Shown: positions 12,001 to 20,978 of the stretch, piece after piece | Layout of the letters: every line of letters starts with the position of its first letter | Numbering within the stretch: the first letter of the stretch is position 1 | Source of the DNA: a virus | Taxonomy: Duplodnaviria > Caudoviricetes | Virus record (IMG/VR): IMGVR_UViG_3300026077_000001 | DNA: 64,000 nt | Direction: 5' to 3' (one strand) | Notes under the pieces: generated by a model | The model's database searches: none | The model's input: only the letters and a program-made list of their open reading frames with translations | Told to the model about the DNA's origin: nothing | Position numbers and translations under genes: made by a program

Positions 12001-15000
12001 CGTGTTAACAACGTAGGTAACACTGAGATTGGACGTAATGGTGCTGGTACTAATGCTGCTGGTACATTAACCGTTCACGGTGATGCAACATTTAATCGTG
12101 AAGTTAATATCACTGGATCTCAAACCACTATTGGTGACGCTACAGGCGATGCTTTAACCGTTGAAGCAACATCTCAATTTAATTCCCCTGTAACTCTTGC
12201 TGCTGGACAAGATTTGAATGTAGGTGGATCCGCTACTGTAGAAGGAGACCTCACAGTTAACGGTACTACAACAACATTTAATACAACTGTTACTCAGTTA
12301 GATGACCCTGTGATGACACTGGGTGGAGATACTGCTCCAGTATCAGATGACAATAAAGACCGTGGTATAGAATTCAGATACTATAGTGGTTCTGCTAAGA
12401 TTGGATTCTTTGGATGGGATGATTCAGCATCTAGATTCGCTGTTTATGACAATGCTACTAATAGTTCTGAAGTATTCTCTGGTACTCGCTCAGGTATTGA
12501 TGCAGGTAGCGTTAAGCTTTTTGATACAACTAATGCAACTACTGCTTCAAGTGGTGCTCTCATCGTTGGGGGTGGTGCTGGTATTGGTCTTGATCTTTAT
12601 GTAGGTGATGATCTCGTAGTAACCGATGATGGATCATTTGGTGGTGACGTAGATATCACAGGTACTTTAGATGTAACAAATGATTTTGCAGTTAATAATA
12701 ATAAGTTTAACGTTACTGCTGCCACAGGTAACACTGCAGTAGCAGGTACTTTAGGTGTCTCTGGTATTTCAACACTATCTTCTTCAGTCAATATAACTGG
12801 ATCTGGATCTAATTTAACAGTTAGTGGTACTGGTACCATCCTTGGAGATTTTGATATTAACGCTACTAAGTTTACAGTTGCTGCTGCCACAGGTAACACA
12901 GTAATTGATGGAACCTTAGACGTAGATGAAGCAACAAATGTCACATCAACACTTGGTGTTACTGGAAATATTACTAACACAAGCACAACACAGGCAGGAG
13001 TTACAGGCACCTTTGCTAATGATGGTGCATTAAGACTATCTGGTGGTGCTTCTATTACTAAGAACGCTGCTGTTGGTGGAATACTTAGAGTTTATGGTAA
13101 CTCACAATTAGATGGAACTCTTGATGTAGAAGGTGTAACTAACTTCGTTGAAGTTGTTCGTGCAAATAGTACTGAAGATTCTGTCAGTGCTTCAGACAAT
13201 ACTGCATCTCTATACACTGCTGGTGGTTTAGCAGTAACTAAGAAAATTTGGATTGGAGATGATCTTGATGTAGGTGCTGGAACATTTACAGTTGATGGTC
13301 CTACAGGTAACACTGCAGTCTCAGGAACACTTAATGTAACTCAAGCATCTAACTTTGCTGGTATAACAGCATCTGGTGTTGCTGCACTTCAATCAACCTT
13401 GAACCTAACTGGTTCATTGAACATTAATAGTACTAAGTTCAACGTTGCTGCTGCAACTGGTAACGTTACCACTGCTGGTACTCTAGGAGTAACTAACGCA
13501 GTTGACTTCGATTCAACTCTAAACGTTGATGGTAATGCAGACTTCAATGCTGGTATTGATGTAACAGCAGGTAATGCAACCTTTGCTGGTCTTGTACAAG
13601 CAGATAACGTAACTGATTCTACTGGGTACACTGATGCTTCTGCATCTATATCCACAGATGGTGGTCTATCAGTTGCTAAGAAAGCATACGTTGGTGGTGA
13701 CTTATCTGTTGGTGGTGCTGCTGGAATTAAAGCATCTATCACTGCTGCATCTGGTAACACAGATATCAAAGGAACACTTAATGTTGATGACGCTGTAACC
13801 TTCGGTGGAACTCTTGGAGTCACAGGTCAAATCACAGGTGATGTAACTGGTGATCTAACAGGTAATGCTGATACTGCAACTCAGGTAGCAGTTACTAACA
13901 CTAACAATAACACTCTGTTCTACCCTGCATTTATGGGTGCGAACACTGGTAATACTGGTGTATTTACTGACTCTGCTAACCTTACCTACAACCCATTCTC
14001 TAACACTCTATCTGTAACTAACTTCCTATCTACCACGAACTTTGAAGTTCAAGGTAATATGAACATTACTGGAACCATCACTTATGGTCAGTCACAGGTT
14101 GGTAGTATTGCTAACCACGATACTGATGATCTAACAGAAGGTTCTACTAATCTTTACTACACTGATGAGCGTGTAGATGACAGAGTTAATAATCTATTCG
14201 TTGCTGGTGCAGGACTTACAAAGACTTATGATGACGCTGCTAATTCATATACCCTTGCTCTTGACTTCAGTGAGTATGACACAGATGATGTAACTGAAGG
14301 ATCATCAAATCTGTTCACCACTGCAGCTCGAACGAGAACTCACTTTACCTACGGAACGGGTATAGAGTTATCGGGTGGTGGACAACTATCTGTCACACAG
14401 GCAGATATAGACACAGATAATGTAACCGAAGGTTCAACTAATCTGTTTACCACTGCTGCTAGAACACGTACTCATTTTACATATGGAACAGGTATTACAC
14501 ATTCTAGTGGTACTCTTTCTGTTACTCAATCAGACATTGACACAGATAATATCACAGAAGGATCAACAAACCTCTTCACCACTGCTGCAAGAACTCGTGG
14601 ACACATTTCAGTCGATGGATCACTAGGTTATAATTCTTCCACTGGTGTTATTTCATACACTACACCAACTACTATTGCATCTCTATCTAATCACGATACG
14701 GATGATGTAGCAGAAGGATCAAATCTATATTATACAGATGCTAGAGCAGACGCACGTATCGCTGCTGCTGACACTGGAGATCTTACAGAAGGATCTAATC
14801 TGTATTACACAGATGCTAGAGCACGTGCTGCTATCTCTGAGAACAGCACACAACTAGCATACAACTCCACCACTGGTGTATTGACATATACTCAGGGTGA
14901 TACTGATACAGTTGGAGAAGGATCAACCAATTTATACTTCACTAACGCTCGTGCTGATGCTCGTGTGGTAGCAGGTATAACTGGAAAACTTGATGCTTCT

Positions 15001-15402
15001 GCTGTTAGTGCTTTCGGTCTAACACTTGTTGATGATGCAGATGCTGCTACTGCCAGAACCACTCTTGGACTTGGCACTGCTGCTGTTGCTGCAACTGGTG
15101 ACTTCGCTACTGCTGCACAGGGTACAACTGCTGACAACGCACTCGCTGCGTCTGCTGTAAGCACCTTCGGTGCCACTCTGATTGATGACACATCAGCATC
15201 TGCTGCAAGAACAACTCTTGGACTTGGATCTGCTGCTACCACTGCAAGCACTGCATATGCAACTGCTGCACAAGGTACTCAGGCAGGTACTAACGATACT
15301 GACATTGATTCAATTTACACTGAATTGAATGCTATTGGTAATGACGCTTCTATAACAACCGTCGCACAACTTAAGGCTGCACTAGCCGCTCTCGCAAGAT
15401 AA
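9061..15402 (+). CDS. Long tail fibre protein, 2113 aa, with N-terminal Mtd_N/hyaluronidase-like domain
   Basis: RLQLRRD...W...NPILAQGELGIEIDTSRIKIGDGVTPWNSLRY N-terminus. G/T/N/D-rich beta-repeat body with several internal repeats. Confidence 0.85.
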   Translation: MANRLQLRRDGAQQWANINPILAQGELGIEIDTSRIKIGDGVTPWNSLRYERPLETESNAANTLVKRDADGNFQAGAVTATLIGNASTSTRLANARQIQLSGQVTGSGSFDGSQNLDLTTDLSLITTLPHYDPNNPNADALYTRVRVNSQGRVIGAELASTLANYGITDAQPLDDELSAIAGLTTLGLLTRTSVGNVQTRQLTGGAGRIIFTVPDGSTQNPFIDLADTQVVVGSYNVPSLTSIAGAGSNGEPYSTETVNATRIDVDRYGRITTLENLPIATATEGSKYASYDAATVYPRYSILEANSKVYQSIQEVAAGGGEPSHTSGTVGGWRFCNNTSVEQKGLASFAQEDFDVDANGHVTIAAMGVDNTQLQNNQIKFTDRTSVQTFELDNEHTAATAHNGLDYLNYIHINDSSGNLLFSANNTDNTNAGGVDINVDTNISGASIKLDRPGSSPLQTIERTAGSLKIHHNVNSATDRTLDIVSENAGAGTASINITADEDITISATNVANRVNIEGFQFQDDTLSSTAATMILDPGDDDTASGTLQVRGNLQVDGTTTTVNSTIVTIDDPIFVLGGDTAPGSDDSKDRGIEFSYYDTQARVGFFGWDEDYANANLWSGTGGFRFLFNATNTNEVFTGTDAALIAGNLSLTTNTGSTSTTTGTLVVTGGVGVSENVFVGGTTTISGQTEVNNNVIIKADNKEFAIQNNAGVDKFTVDTDNGNTVIEGTADIQLETTVTDNLFVQADAKEFAVKNASGSTQFVVDSDNGNTVTEGTLNVKQGVDFDTTLNVDGKTDLNANVEIDGVTTSHNDIIIDTTGKTLKLNNGSADRFVVSSTSGNTDIEGTLNVASLIHFESSDTPTITTDGSNNYVIGSTDYGALRVDGGGYVAGDVLFASDLYVNGTINERDLGATETFNTQNYLRVRYKFRTGVTSAKTPSFAQDNDSNFRSFGGAGIATDLHIGDNLYVGKKATTDNIEFRVNNVGNTEIGRNGAGTNAAGTLTVHGDATFNREVNITGSQTTIGDATGDALTVEATSQFNSPVTLAAGQDLNVGGSATVEGDLTVNGTTTTFNTTVTQLDDPVMTLGGDTAPVSDDNKDRGIEFRYYSGSAKIGFFGWDDSASRFAVYDNATNSSEVFSGTRSGIDAGSVKLFDTTNATTASSGALIVGGGAGIGLDLYVGDDLVVTDDGSFGGDVDITGTLDVTNDFAVNNNKFNVTAATGNTAVAGTLGVSGISTLSSSVNITGSGSNLTVSGTGTILGDFDINATKFTVAAATGNTVIDGTLDVDEATNVTSTLGVTGNITNTSTTQAGVTGTFANDGALRLSGGASITKNAAVGGILRVYGNSQLDGTLDVEGVTNFVEVVRANSTEDSVSASDNTASLYTAGGLAVTKKIWIGDDLDVGAGTFTVDGPTGNTAVSGTLNVTQASNFAGITASGVAALQSTLNLTGSLNINSTKFNVAAATGNVTTAGTLGVTNAVDFDSTLNVDGNADFNAGIDVTAGNATFAGLVQADNVTDSTGYTDASASISTDGGLSVAKKAYVGGDLSVGGAAGIKASITAASGNTDIKGTLNVDDAVTFGGTLGVTGQITGDVTGDLTGNADTATQVAVTNTNNNTLFYPAFMGANTGNTGVFTDSANLTYNPFSNTLSVTNFLSTTNFEVQGNMNITGTITYGQSQVGSIANHDTDDLTEGSTNLYYTDERVDDRVNNLFVAGAGLTKTYDDAANSYTLALDFSEYDTDDVTEGSSNLFTTAARTRTHFTYGTGIELSGGGQLSVTQADIDTDNVTEGSTNLFTTAARTRTHFTYGTGITHSSGTLSVTQSDIDTDNITEGSTNLFTTAARTRGHISVDGSLGYNSSTGVISYTTPTTIASLSNHDTDDVAEGSNLYYTDARADARIAAADTGDLTEGSNLYYTDARARAAISENSTQLAYNSTTGVLTYTQGDTDTVGEGSTNLYFTNARADARVVAGITGKLDASAVSAFGLTLVDDADAATARTTLGLGTAAVAATGDFATAAQGTTADNALAASAVSTFGATLIDDTSASAARTTLGLGSAATTASTAYATAAQGTQAGTNDTDIDSIYTELNAIGNDASITTVAQLKAALAALAR
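10771..12420 (+). repeat. Duplicated ~40-aa module in the tail fibre (10771-10890 and 12301-12420)
   Basis: DDPIFVLGGDTAPGSDDSKDRGIEFSYYDTQARVGFFGWD versus DDPVMTLGGDTAPVSDDNKDRGIEFRYYSGSAKIGFFGWD. Confidence 0.9.
14116..14964 (+). repeat. Seven degenerate DTDxxxEGS(x)NL(Y/F)xTxxR repeats in the tail fibre
   Basis: For example HDTDDLTEGSTNLYYTDER, IDTDNVTEGSTNLFTTAARTRTHFTYGTG, ADTGDLTEGSNLYYTDAR, GDTDTVGEGSTNLYFTNAR. Confidence 0.9.
14998..15279 (+). repeat. Tandem 51-aa repeat (x2) near the tail fibre C-terminus
   Basis: SAVSAFGLTLVDDADAATARTTLGLGTAA...FATAAQGT and SAVSTFGATLIDDTSASAARTTLGLGSAA...YATAAQGT, period 153 nt. Confidence 0.9.
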
Positions 15403-15403
15403 A

Positions 15404-16222
15404 ATGGCACAACCTAATTCAAAAGCAACACTTAAAGAGTACGCTCTACGCAGACTCGGCAAACCTGTATTGGAAATCAACGTATCAGATGATCAGGTTG
15501 ATGATGCATTGGATTATACTCTTGAGAAATTTCAGGAGTACCATTACGGTGGATCTGAAAAGGTTTTTATGAAGCACCAGTTTACTGCTGAGGATCTAAC
15601 AAGGTTCCAAGCAGATAGTGAAGAGACTGGTACTGATACATTACAAGCTGGTGATACTGGTACTGTATTTAAAATGCAGAAGAATTATCTACCAATGCCT
15701 GATCATATCAGAGCTGTGAATGGTATCTTTACCTTCCAAGATAAGGGTACTGCCAATATGTTTGATATTAGATATCAGTTGCGTTTGAATGATCTGTTTG
15801 ATTTTACATCAACACAGTTTCATCATTACTATATGATTCAGACACACCTTCAAACTATTAACTTCTTACTAGAAGGAATGAAACCTACTAGGTTTAATGC
15901 CTCTAACGGAAAACTTTGGATTGACTTTGACACATTAACTGATGTCAGAGAAGGTGAGTATGTTGTTATGGAATGTGTTAGTGCTATAGATGCTGCTAAC
16001 TGGACAAAAATTTATAATACTATGTGGGTCAAAGATTATGCAACTTCTTTGATCAAGAAGCAGTGGGGACAGAATATGTCTAAATTCCAGAACGTCCAAC
16101 TTCCTGGTGGAGTTACTCTTAATGGTGAGAAGATTTATTCTGATGCTATTGAAGAGATTGAAAAACTGGAAGAACAGTTGAGACTTACTTATGAAGAACC
16201 ACCTATGGATATGATAGGATAA
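15404..16222 (+). CDS. gp13: Neck protein gp13
   Basis: LKEYALRRLGKPVLEINV, KKQWGQNMSKFQNVQLPGGVTLNG, YEEPPMDMIG. Confidence 0.95.
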   Translation: MAQPNSKATLKEYALRRLGKPVLEINVSDDQVDDALDYTLEKFQEYHYGGSEKVFMKHQFTAEDLTRFQADSEETGTDTLQAGDTGTVFKMQKNYLPMPDHIRAVNGIFTFQDKGTANMFDIRYQLRLNDLFDFTSTQFHHYYMIQTHLQTINFLLEGMKPTRFNASNGKLWIDFDTLTDVREGEYVVMECVSAIDAANWTKIYNTMWVKDYATSLIKKQWGQNMSKFQNVQLPGGVTLNGEKIYSDAIEEIEKLEEQLRLTYEEPPMDMIG

Positions 16223-17088
16223 TGCCTACTAATTCTTACTTCACACACGGAACCTCTGGGGAACAGAACCTAGTTGGTGAACTTGTAAAAGAACAAATTA
16301 AGATGTTTGGTACGGATGTTTATTACATCCCACGTGTCATAGTTGATGAAGATCCTACCTTCGGTGAGGATTCTTTATCTAAGTTTGATGATGCTTATTT
16401 GATAGAAGCATACTTAGAGAACGTTCAAGGATTTGGTGGAGATGGAGATCTATACAGTAAGTTTGGTGTAAGGATATCTGATCAAGTTAATTTTGTTATC
16501 TCACGAGATAGGTTCACAGAACTAGTTGATGATAATACAACACTCATTGTAGAGGGTAGACCTAATGAAGGAGACTTGGTTTACTTCCCTCTAGCAAGCA
16601 AGTTATTTCAAATACAATACGTAGAGTACGAAACACCTTTCTTCCAGTTAGGTAAAATCCATACTTGGGGTCTGAAGTGTGAACTATATGAGTACAGCGA
16701 CGAGGACTTCGATACAGGTGTTGATGCTATCGATAAAGTGGAGAGGAACTTTGCTACTACAATTACTCTTAACTTTTCTACAGGTGGTACAGGAACCTTT
16801 ACTGTTGGTGAAACAATTGCAGGTGGTACATCTAACGTAACTGCTGAAGTTAAGTCTTGGGATGCAACCAACAGACAACTTCAGATATACAATAGATCGG
16901 GTATCTTTACAATACCAGAAACCTGTACTGGACAGACATCTGGAGCAGCGTGGACAACTGCTAGTTATAATACCCTAAATAATACTAACTCTGAGTTCGA
17001 TCAGAACCAGTTCTTTGAGACTCAAGCTGATGGAATACTTGACTTTAGTCAAGGTAATCCATTCGGTGAATTTGGACAGGCAGACTAA
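16222..17088 (+). CDS. gp14: Neck protein gp14
   Basis: EQIKMFGTDVYYIPR, YSKFGVRISD, RPNEGDLVYFP, FSQGNPFGEFG. Confidence 0.95.
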   Translation: MPTNSYFTHGTSGEQNLVGELVKEQIKMFGTDVYYIPRVIVDEDPTFGEDSLSKFDDAYLIEAYLENVQGFGGDGDLYSKFGVRISDQVNFVISRDRFTELVDDNTTLIVEGRPNEGDLVYFPLASKLFQIQYVEYETPFFQLGKIHTWGLKCELYEYSDEDFDTGVDAIDKVERNFATTITLNFSTGGTGTFTVGETIAGGTSNVTAEVKSWDATNRQLQIYNRSGIFTIPETCTGQTSGAAWTTASYNTLNNTNSEFDQNQFFETQADGILDFSQGNPFGEFGQAD

Positions 17089-17888
17089 TGTTAGGAACTT
17101 ACTCATACAACGAAATCTTCAGGAAGACTGTTATAGCCTTTGGTACTATCTTCAATAATATTGAACTGAAACGTACTGCTGGATCTAAAACAGAAGTGAT
17201 GAAGGTACCTTTGGCATATGGTCCAAAGGATAAATTCCTGGCTCGTTTAGCACAGTCAGCTACTGCTGATAACAAACAAGTTCAAATTACTTTACCTCGT
17301 ATATCATTTGAGATCAGTGGATTCTCATACGATAGTTCAAGGAAGGTATCACCAACTCAAGTCATTAGACACGTAGGTACAGACGATAAAACTCGTAGAG
17401 CATTTATGCCAGTACCATACAATGTTGATTTTGAGTTAGCAATATTATCAAAGAATCAGGATGATGGACTTCAGATCCTTGAACAGATCCTTCCTATATT
17501 TCAACCAATGTTTAACATCACTATTAACTTAGTTGATGCTATTGGTGAGAAGAAGGACTTCCCAATATCTCTTAACTCAGTTAGTTACGAGGATGATTAT
17601 GAAGGTGATTACACAACACGTAGAACATTAATCTATACGTTGTCATTTACCGCTAAGACTTATCTATATGGTCCTGTCACTGACACGACTGATAAGTTAA
17701 TCAAGAAGTCTATTGTTGACACCCATCTTAAGGTTGATACAACGGCTGCTCGTGAAGTTAGATACACAGTCACACCAGATCCTATTACTGCTGAGGCTGA
17801 TGATAACTTCGGATTTAATGAAATTTACAGTGAGTTCACAGATGCAAAAGCCAGAGATCCCGTCACAGGAACCGATGTCGATGTATAA
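17088..17888 (+). CDS. gp15: Tail sheath stabiliser / tail terminator gp15
   Basis: IAFGTIFNNI, KVPLAYGPKDKFLARL, LPRISFE, EQILPIFQP. Confidence 0.95.
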   Translation: MLGTYSYNEIFRKTVIAFGTIFNNIELKRTAGSKTEVMKVPLAYGPKDKFLARLAQSATADNKQVQITLPRISFEISGFSYDSSRKVSPTQVIRHVGTDDKTRRAFMPVPYNVDFELAILSKNQDDGLQILEQILPIFQPMFNITINLVDAIGEKKDFPISLNSVSYEDDYEGDYTTRRTLIYTLSFTAKTYLYGPVTDTTDKLIKKSIVDTHLKVDTTAAREVRYTVTPDPITAEADDNFGFNEIYSEFTDAKARDPVTGTDVDV

Positions 17889-18276
17889 TGGCATTGAGGA
17901 TGCCCTCGATGTTGAAACAGCAATCGTACCTAAAGAGAAAACAGAAGTCGTTAAACCTGCTATGTTTGAGCAGATTACTAAGGACTATGAGTATACTCGT
18001 GGAAACTTATATTCACTTATTGAGAAGGGACAAGAGGCTGTTGACGGTATATTAGAACTTGCTCAGGAATCAGATAGTCCTAGAGCATATGAAGTTGCTG
18101 GTAATATGATTAAGAATATAGCAGACACCACAGACAAGTTAATGGATCTGCAAAAGAAATTGCAAGAAGTAGAAGAAGGTCCAGCGAACCCTCAGAAGAA
18201 CGTTACTAACAATACTATGTTTGTTGGTTCTACTGCTGATCTTGCTAAATTCCTGAAGTCGCAACAGGATAAATAG
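17875..18276 (+). CDS. gp16: Terminase small subunit gp16 (start at 17875 or 17881, not 17713)
   Basis: DYEYTRGNLYSLIEKGQEAVDGILELAQESDSPRAYEV, NVTNNTMFVGSTADL. The SD agga at 17867-17870 supports the later start. Confidence 0.9.
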   Translation: MSMYNGIEDALDVETAIVPKEKTEVVKPAMFEQITKDYEYTRGNLYSLIEKGQEAVDGILELAQESDSPRAYEVAGNMIKNIADTTDKLMDLQKKLQEVEEGPANPQKNVTNNTMFVGSTADLAKFLKSQQDK

Positions 18277-18300
18277 TCTAGTAAAAGGAATCAAGTCACA

Positions 18301-18840
18301 ATGTCAGTCTTAAATGTATTAGATACTCAGACAGTGAGTGGTTCAGGAACTGCATACATTGTGGTCAAGTCTGGTGTAGTTCGTGCTTACGCTGCATCTG
18401 CATCTTCAATACAATTCGATGCTGGTCCTGCTGTAACTCTCGCTGCTGGAGAAGCAATTCTCCTCTCCGTTGGAAAGTCAAAGAACGTATCAATAACTGG
18501 TGCTTCAGATGCTGCTACCTGTGTATTCACAGTTGGTGGTGTAGGTGCTGGTCAACGTCATAACTTTGCAGTAGGAGATTACATTCAAACTATAGATGGT
18601 GGTGACACCGATGGATTTGTTGCAGCATTTGAAACTGCTGCTTCTGCTGGAAAGAAAGTCACTGCTGTTACAAACACCACAGTAACAACTGATTATGATT
18701 CATCTTCTGCTTCTGCAGCATATGCAATCAGTGAAGCAGATGTTATTGCAAACAACGTTCCTCAACTTCAAAGAACAGTGAAACTCACTGCAGGATCTGC
18801 TGATGTTGTAGTTGAGCAAGTACAAATTGTTGGTGGCTAA
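18301..18840 (+). CDS. Conserved hypothetical, probable virion protein (179 aa)
   Basis: Follows late promoter TAAATA at 18270-18275. A/S/T/G/V-rich, beta-strand-like sequence. Confidence 0.65.
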   Translation: MSVLNVLDTQTVSGSGTAYIVVKSGVVRAYAASASSIQFDAGPAVTLAAGEAILLSVGKSKNVSITGASDAATCVFTVGGVGAGQRHNFAVGDYIQTIDGGDTDGFVAAFETAASAGKKVTAVTNTTVTTDYDSSSASAAYAISEADVIANNVPQLQRTVKLTAGSADVVVEQVQIVGG

Positions 18841-19496
18841 TGGAAACTACTGGTCAAACCGATCCTGTATTAAAGAAGAAAAAGCAGTTGTTAGATAAGA
18901 AGCAACTACAGTTAAATCTTCGTAAGATACAACTTCAACGCAAAACAGTTCAAGCTGGAGGTGAAACCGATATGCGTACAGAGAAACGTGTAATGTCCTT
19001 TAAGCAGTTCATAGCTGAAGGTGGATTGGCACGTGCTATCAGTAAATCTAATACAAAGGTTACTGGACACATCAGTGCTGACAGGGGTTCTGACGAAAAG
19101 AAGAACCGTGAGAAGCGTAAAGGATTAGAGAAAGACCTTAAGAAGAAGGGTATTGGATATAAGAAGGGAGTGGGACAGTACAAGTATGACGATGGGAAAA
19201 CTGGCACAGAGGTGTCCTACCATACGTCAAAACCTGATAAAATGTCTAAGCGACGCTTTGGTAAGCTAAGTCGTAGGCTCGGTCGTAAACACGGTCAAGA
19301 GTCTGTTATTACAAAAGATAAAGACAAATCTGCCAAATTACATTATACTGATAAGAGTGGTAAGAAATCCGAGTCTCTCGGTAAGACAAAAGCTGGTAAG
19401 CATCCTGGTGGATATGGTGAAACATCTTCTACCAACGTGCGATCTGGTAAACTACCCAAAAAGGTCAAAGACCAAAAACTACACTATGACAAATAA
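18840..19496 (+). CDS. Lys-rich hypothetical protein (218 aa)
   Basis: TAATG coupling to the upstream gene. Contains SFKQFIAE and GHISADRG...KGLEKDLKKKGIGYKKGVG, resembling motifs in T4-like cyanophage late hypotheticals. Confidence 0.7.
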   Translation: METTGQTDPVLKKKKQLLDKKQLQLNLRKIQLQRKTVQAGGETDMRTEKRVMSFKQFIAEGGLARAISKSNTKVTGHISADRGSDEKKNREKRKGLEKDLKKKGIGYKKGVGQYKYDDGKTGTEVSYHTSKPDKMSKRRFGKLSRRLGRKHGQESVITKDKDKSAKLHYTDKSGKKSESLGKTKAGKHPGGYGETSSTNVRSGKLPKKVKDQKLHYDK

Positions 19497-19710
19497 AGAT
19501 TACGATGATTCCAACTGGCGAGAGGAAATGCAATCCTACGCTAGTGGACCTGAGTTAACACTCTTGATAGATGGACCTAAAAGCCTTGCACAGTCTTGGC
19601 ATATGGGTGCATTGTATAACAAATGGAAAAAAATGAAGGGTTATAAAGACCCTGAACCACCAGACTGTCAATCATCTTTTAAGGAGTGGAACGATGGAGT
19701 TAAAATGTAA
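19486..19710 (+). CDS. Hypothetical protein (74 aa; start revised from 19357)
   Basis: MTNKDYDDSNWREE...GPKSLAQSW...YKDPEPPDCQSSFKEW. The short overlap with the upstream gene fits the internal ATG. Confidence 0.65.
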   Translation: MTNKDYDDSNWREEMQSYASGPELTLLIDGPKSLAQSWHMGALYNKWKKMKGYKDPEPPDCQSSFKEWNDGVKM

Positions 19711-19834
19711 ATACTGTGGACTTATTGTTCCTAGTACAAAACCTAATCCTCAAAAGTGGTTACAAAAGCACGAGATGAATTGTGCTCGTAACCCTAATAA
19801 CAATAAAAGAAACGGACCTATAGGAACAGAGTAA
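19694..19834 (+). CDS. 46-aa C2HC zinc-finger microprotein (not in ORF track)
   Basis: MELKCKYCGLIVPSTKPNPQKWLQKHEMNCARNPNNNKRNGPIGTE*. SD aaggag at 19681-19686. TAATG overlap with the next gene. Confidence 0.75.
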   Translation: MELKCKYCGLIVPSTKPNPQKWLQKHEMNCARNPNNNKRNGPIGTE

Positions 19835-19983
19835 TGAACAAAGTAAAGGAGATCGCAGTCAAGATTAAGGACTGGGATAAAGCACTTGCTAAAAAAATTC
19901 AAACCAAATTTAATTTGACTGATTACCAGATGTTATGCCTTGCTTTTGGTAAGGGTTTCATCATAGGTGCTATTCTTCTGTAG
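19834..19983 (+). CDS. 49-aa microprotein with C-terminal hydrophobic helix (not in ORF track)
   Basis: MNKVKEIAVKIKDWDKALAKKIQTKFNLTDYQMLCLAFGKGFIIGAILL*. Translationally coupled to the upstream gene. Confidence 0.75.
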   Translation: MNKVKEIAVKIKDWDKALAKKIQTKFNLTDYQMLCLAFGKGFIIGAILL

Positions 19984-20008
19984 CACTATGAACTAAATAT
20001 TCTTTATT

Positions 20009-20323
20009 ATGAGTCCAGACAAAAATCCAGAAAGGTTCTATAACAAGGAACAAGTCGATATGCTCATCCAAGCTGCTGTTGCTGAAGCACACGAAATGGA
20101 TGAAGCTATTATGGCAAAGCATAACCGAGAAGCAACTATCATTAGTATGATTCTCGGTTTTACTTGTCTTGCACTATTCATTGATGGTCTATTAAGGATC
20201 CTTGGTATCATCCCACCCTTTATGGATTTGGATGTTAACGTCATTGATGATATAATAGAGAAAGTTGAACAAGACATTTTACCCATAGTTCAACAAGCTA
20301 AAGGGTACATACCAAAAATTTGA
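20009..20323 (+). CDS. Membrane-anchored hypothetical protein (104 aa)
   Basis: TM segment IISMILGFTCLALFIDGLLRILGIIPPF. Late promoter TAAATA at 19994-19999. Confidence 0.75.
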   Translation: MSPDKNPERFYNKEQVDMLIQAAVAEAHEMDEAIMAKHNREATIISMILGFTCLALFIDGLLRILGIIPPFMDLDVNVIDDIIEKVEQDILPIVQQAKGYIPKI

Positions 20324-20538
20324 TTATGACTTATCAATCACCACCACCTTCTTGGGATAAAAAGAGAAACCAAGTGAAGAGTAAATTCTATTACATATTC
20401 TGGGGTATAGCTACCTTCTCTGTTGTAGCAGGTCAATTGTATGTTGGATCTGGATATAGAGACTATGCTAAATCACTCAATAGGTTGTTCGATACTATAG
20501 AATTAGAGGTTACAACACCTGGTCCTAGATTCTATTAA
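20320..20538 (+). CDS. Single-TM hypothetical protein (72 aa)
   Basis: FYYIFWGIATFSVVAGQLYVG hydrophobic helix. Short overlap with the upstream gene. Confidence 0.7.
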   Translation: MIMTYQSPPPSWDKKRNQVKSKFYYIFWGIATFSVVAGQLYVGSGYRDYAKSLNRLFDTIELEVTTPGPRFY

Positions 20539-20569
20539 GAGAATCTTAAATAGGTAAATAACTATATCG

Positions 20570-20791
20570 GTGCCTACTATGGCGTTCGAAGAAGTAAAAT
20601 CATTATACGAACTTACTGAAGAGAACTACAAACTCCAAGATATGATTCAAATCTACCAAGAAGAGATCGTAAAACTTGAACAAGAGAAGGACGTACTCAA
20701 AGCAGAAGTTGTTTTTTTGCGTCAACAACTTGAATACAAGACTTTAGGTCCACCAATACATTCACAAGACATTAAAAAAGACCCTAGATAG
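20570..20791 (+). CDS. Coiled-coil hypothetical protein (start GTG 20570 or ATG 20579)
   Basis: Heptad-rich. Tandem TAAATA at 20547 and 20555 upstream, terminator downstream. Confidence 0.65.
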   Translation: MPTMAFEEVKSLYELTEENYKLQDMIQIYQEEIVKLEQEKDVLKAEVVFLRQQLEYKTLGPPIHSQDIKKDPR

Positions 20792-20804
20792 GGTCTTTTA
20801 TTTT
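20774..20804. terminator. Bidirectional rho-independent terminator between convergent genes
   Basis: aaaagaccct-agat-agggtctttt with an A-run before and a T-run after. Confidence 0.85.
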
Positions 20805-20822
20805 GTAAATTTTTAAAGAGAT

Positions 20823-20978
20823 CTATGCAAGGACTTCCCTGCAGATACGTTTACAGCTAGCGTGTTCATCCTCACACTCAATCAAACAGTCAAAGTAGTC
20901 GTCTATATTCTCCTGGGTTGAGTTTTCTCTGTGATTCCATTCTGCCATTTGATTAAAATTAAGGATACTGTGTGACAT
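20823..20978 (-). CDS. 51-aa acidic Cys-rich microprotein (CX3C-X6-CX3C); start revised from 21047
   Basis: MSHSILNFNQMAEWNHRENSTQENIDDYFDCLIECEDEHASCKRICREVLA*. SD ggag precedes ATG 20978. Minus-strand TAAATA at 21053-21048. Confidence 0.75.
   Translation of the reverse strand: MSHSILNFNQMAEWNHRENSTQENIDDYFDCLIECEDEHASCKRICREVLA

Noticed and set aside
10473-15251. Long antisense ORFs inside the tail fibre (for example 12597-13010, 13389-13823, 14892-15251), and similar ones inside gp18, gp20, gp22 and cobS
   Set aside because: These are shadows of the biased codon usage (few stop codons in the reverse frame). They have no SD or promoter and no recognisable motifs.
9061-15402. Diversity-generating retroelement suggested by the Mtd_N-like tail fibre N-terminus and internal repeats
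   Set aside because: There is no reverse transcriptase or avd-like gene in the window. The repeat copies differ at all base types, not only at adenines, and there is no TR/VR pair.
20823-20978. Calling the Cys-rich microprotein CP12
   Set aside because: It lacks the CP12 C-terminal signature (...FC..NP...EC.VYDD). Its CX3C-X6-CX3C pattern is different.
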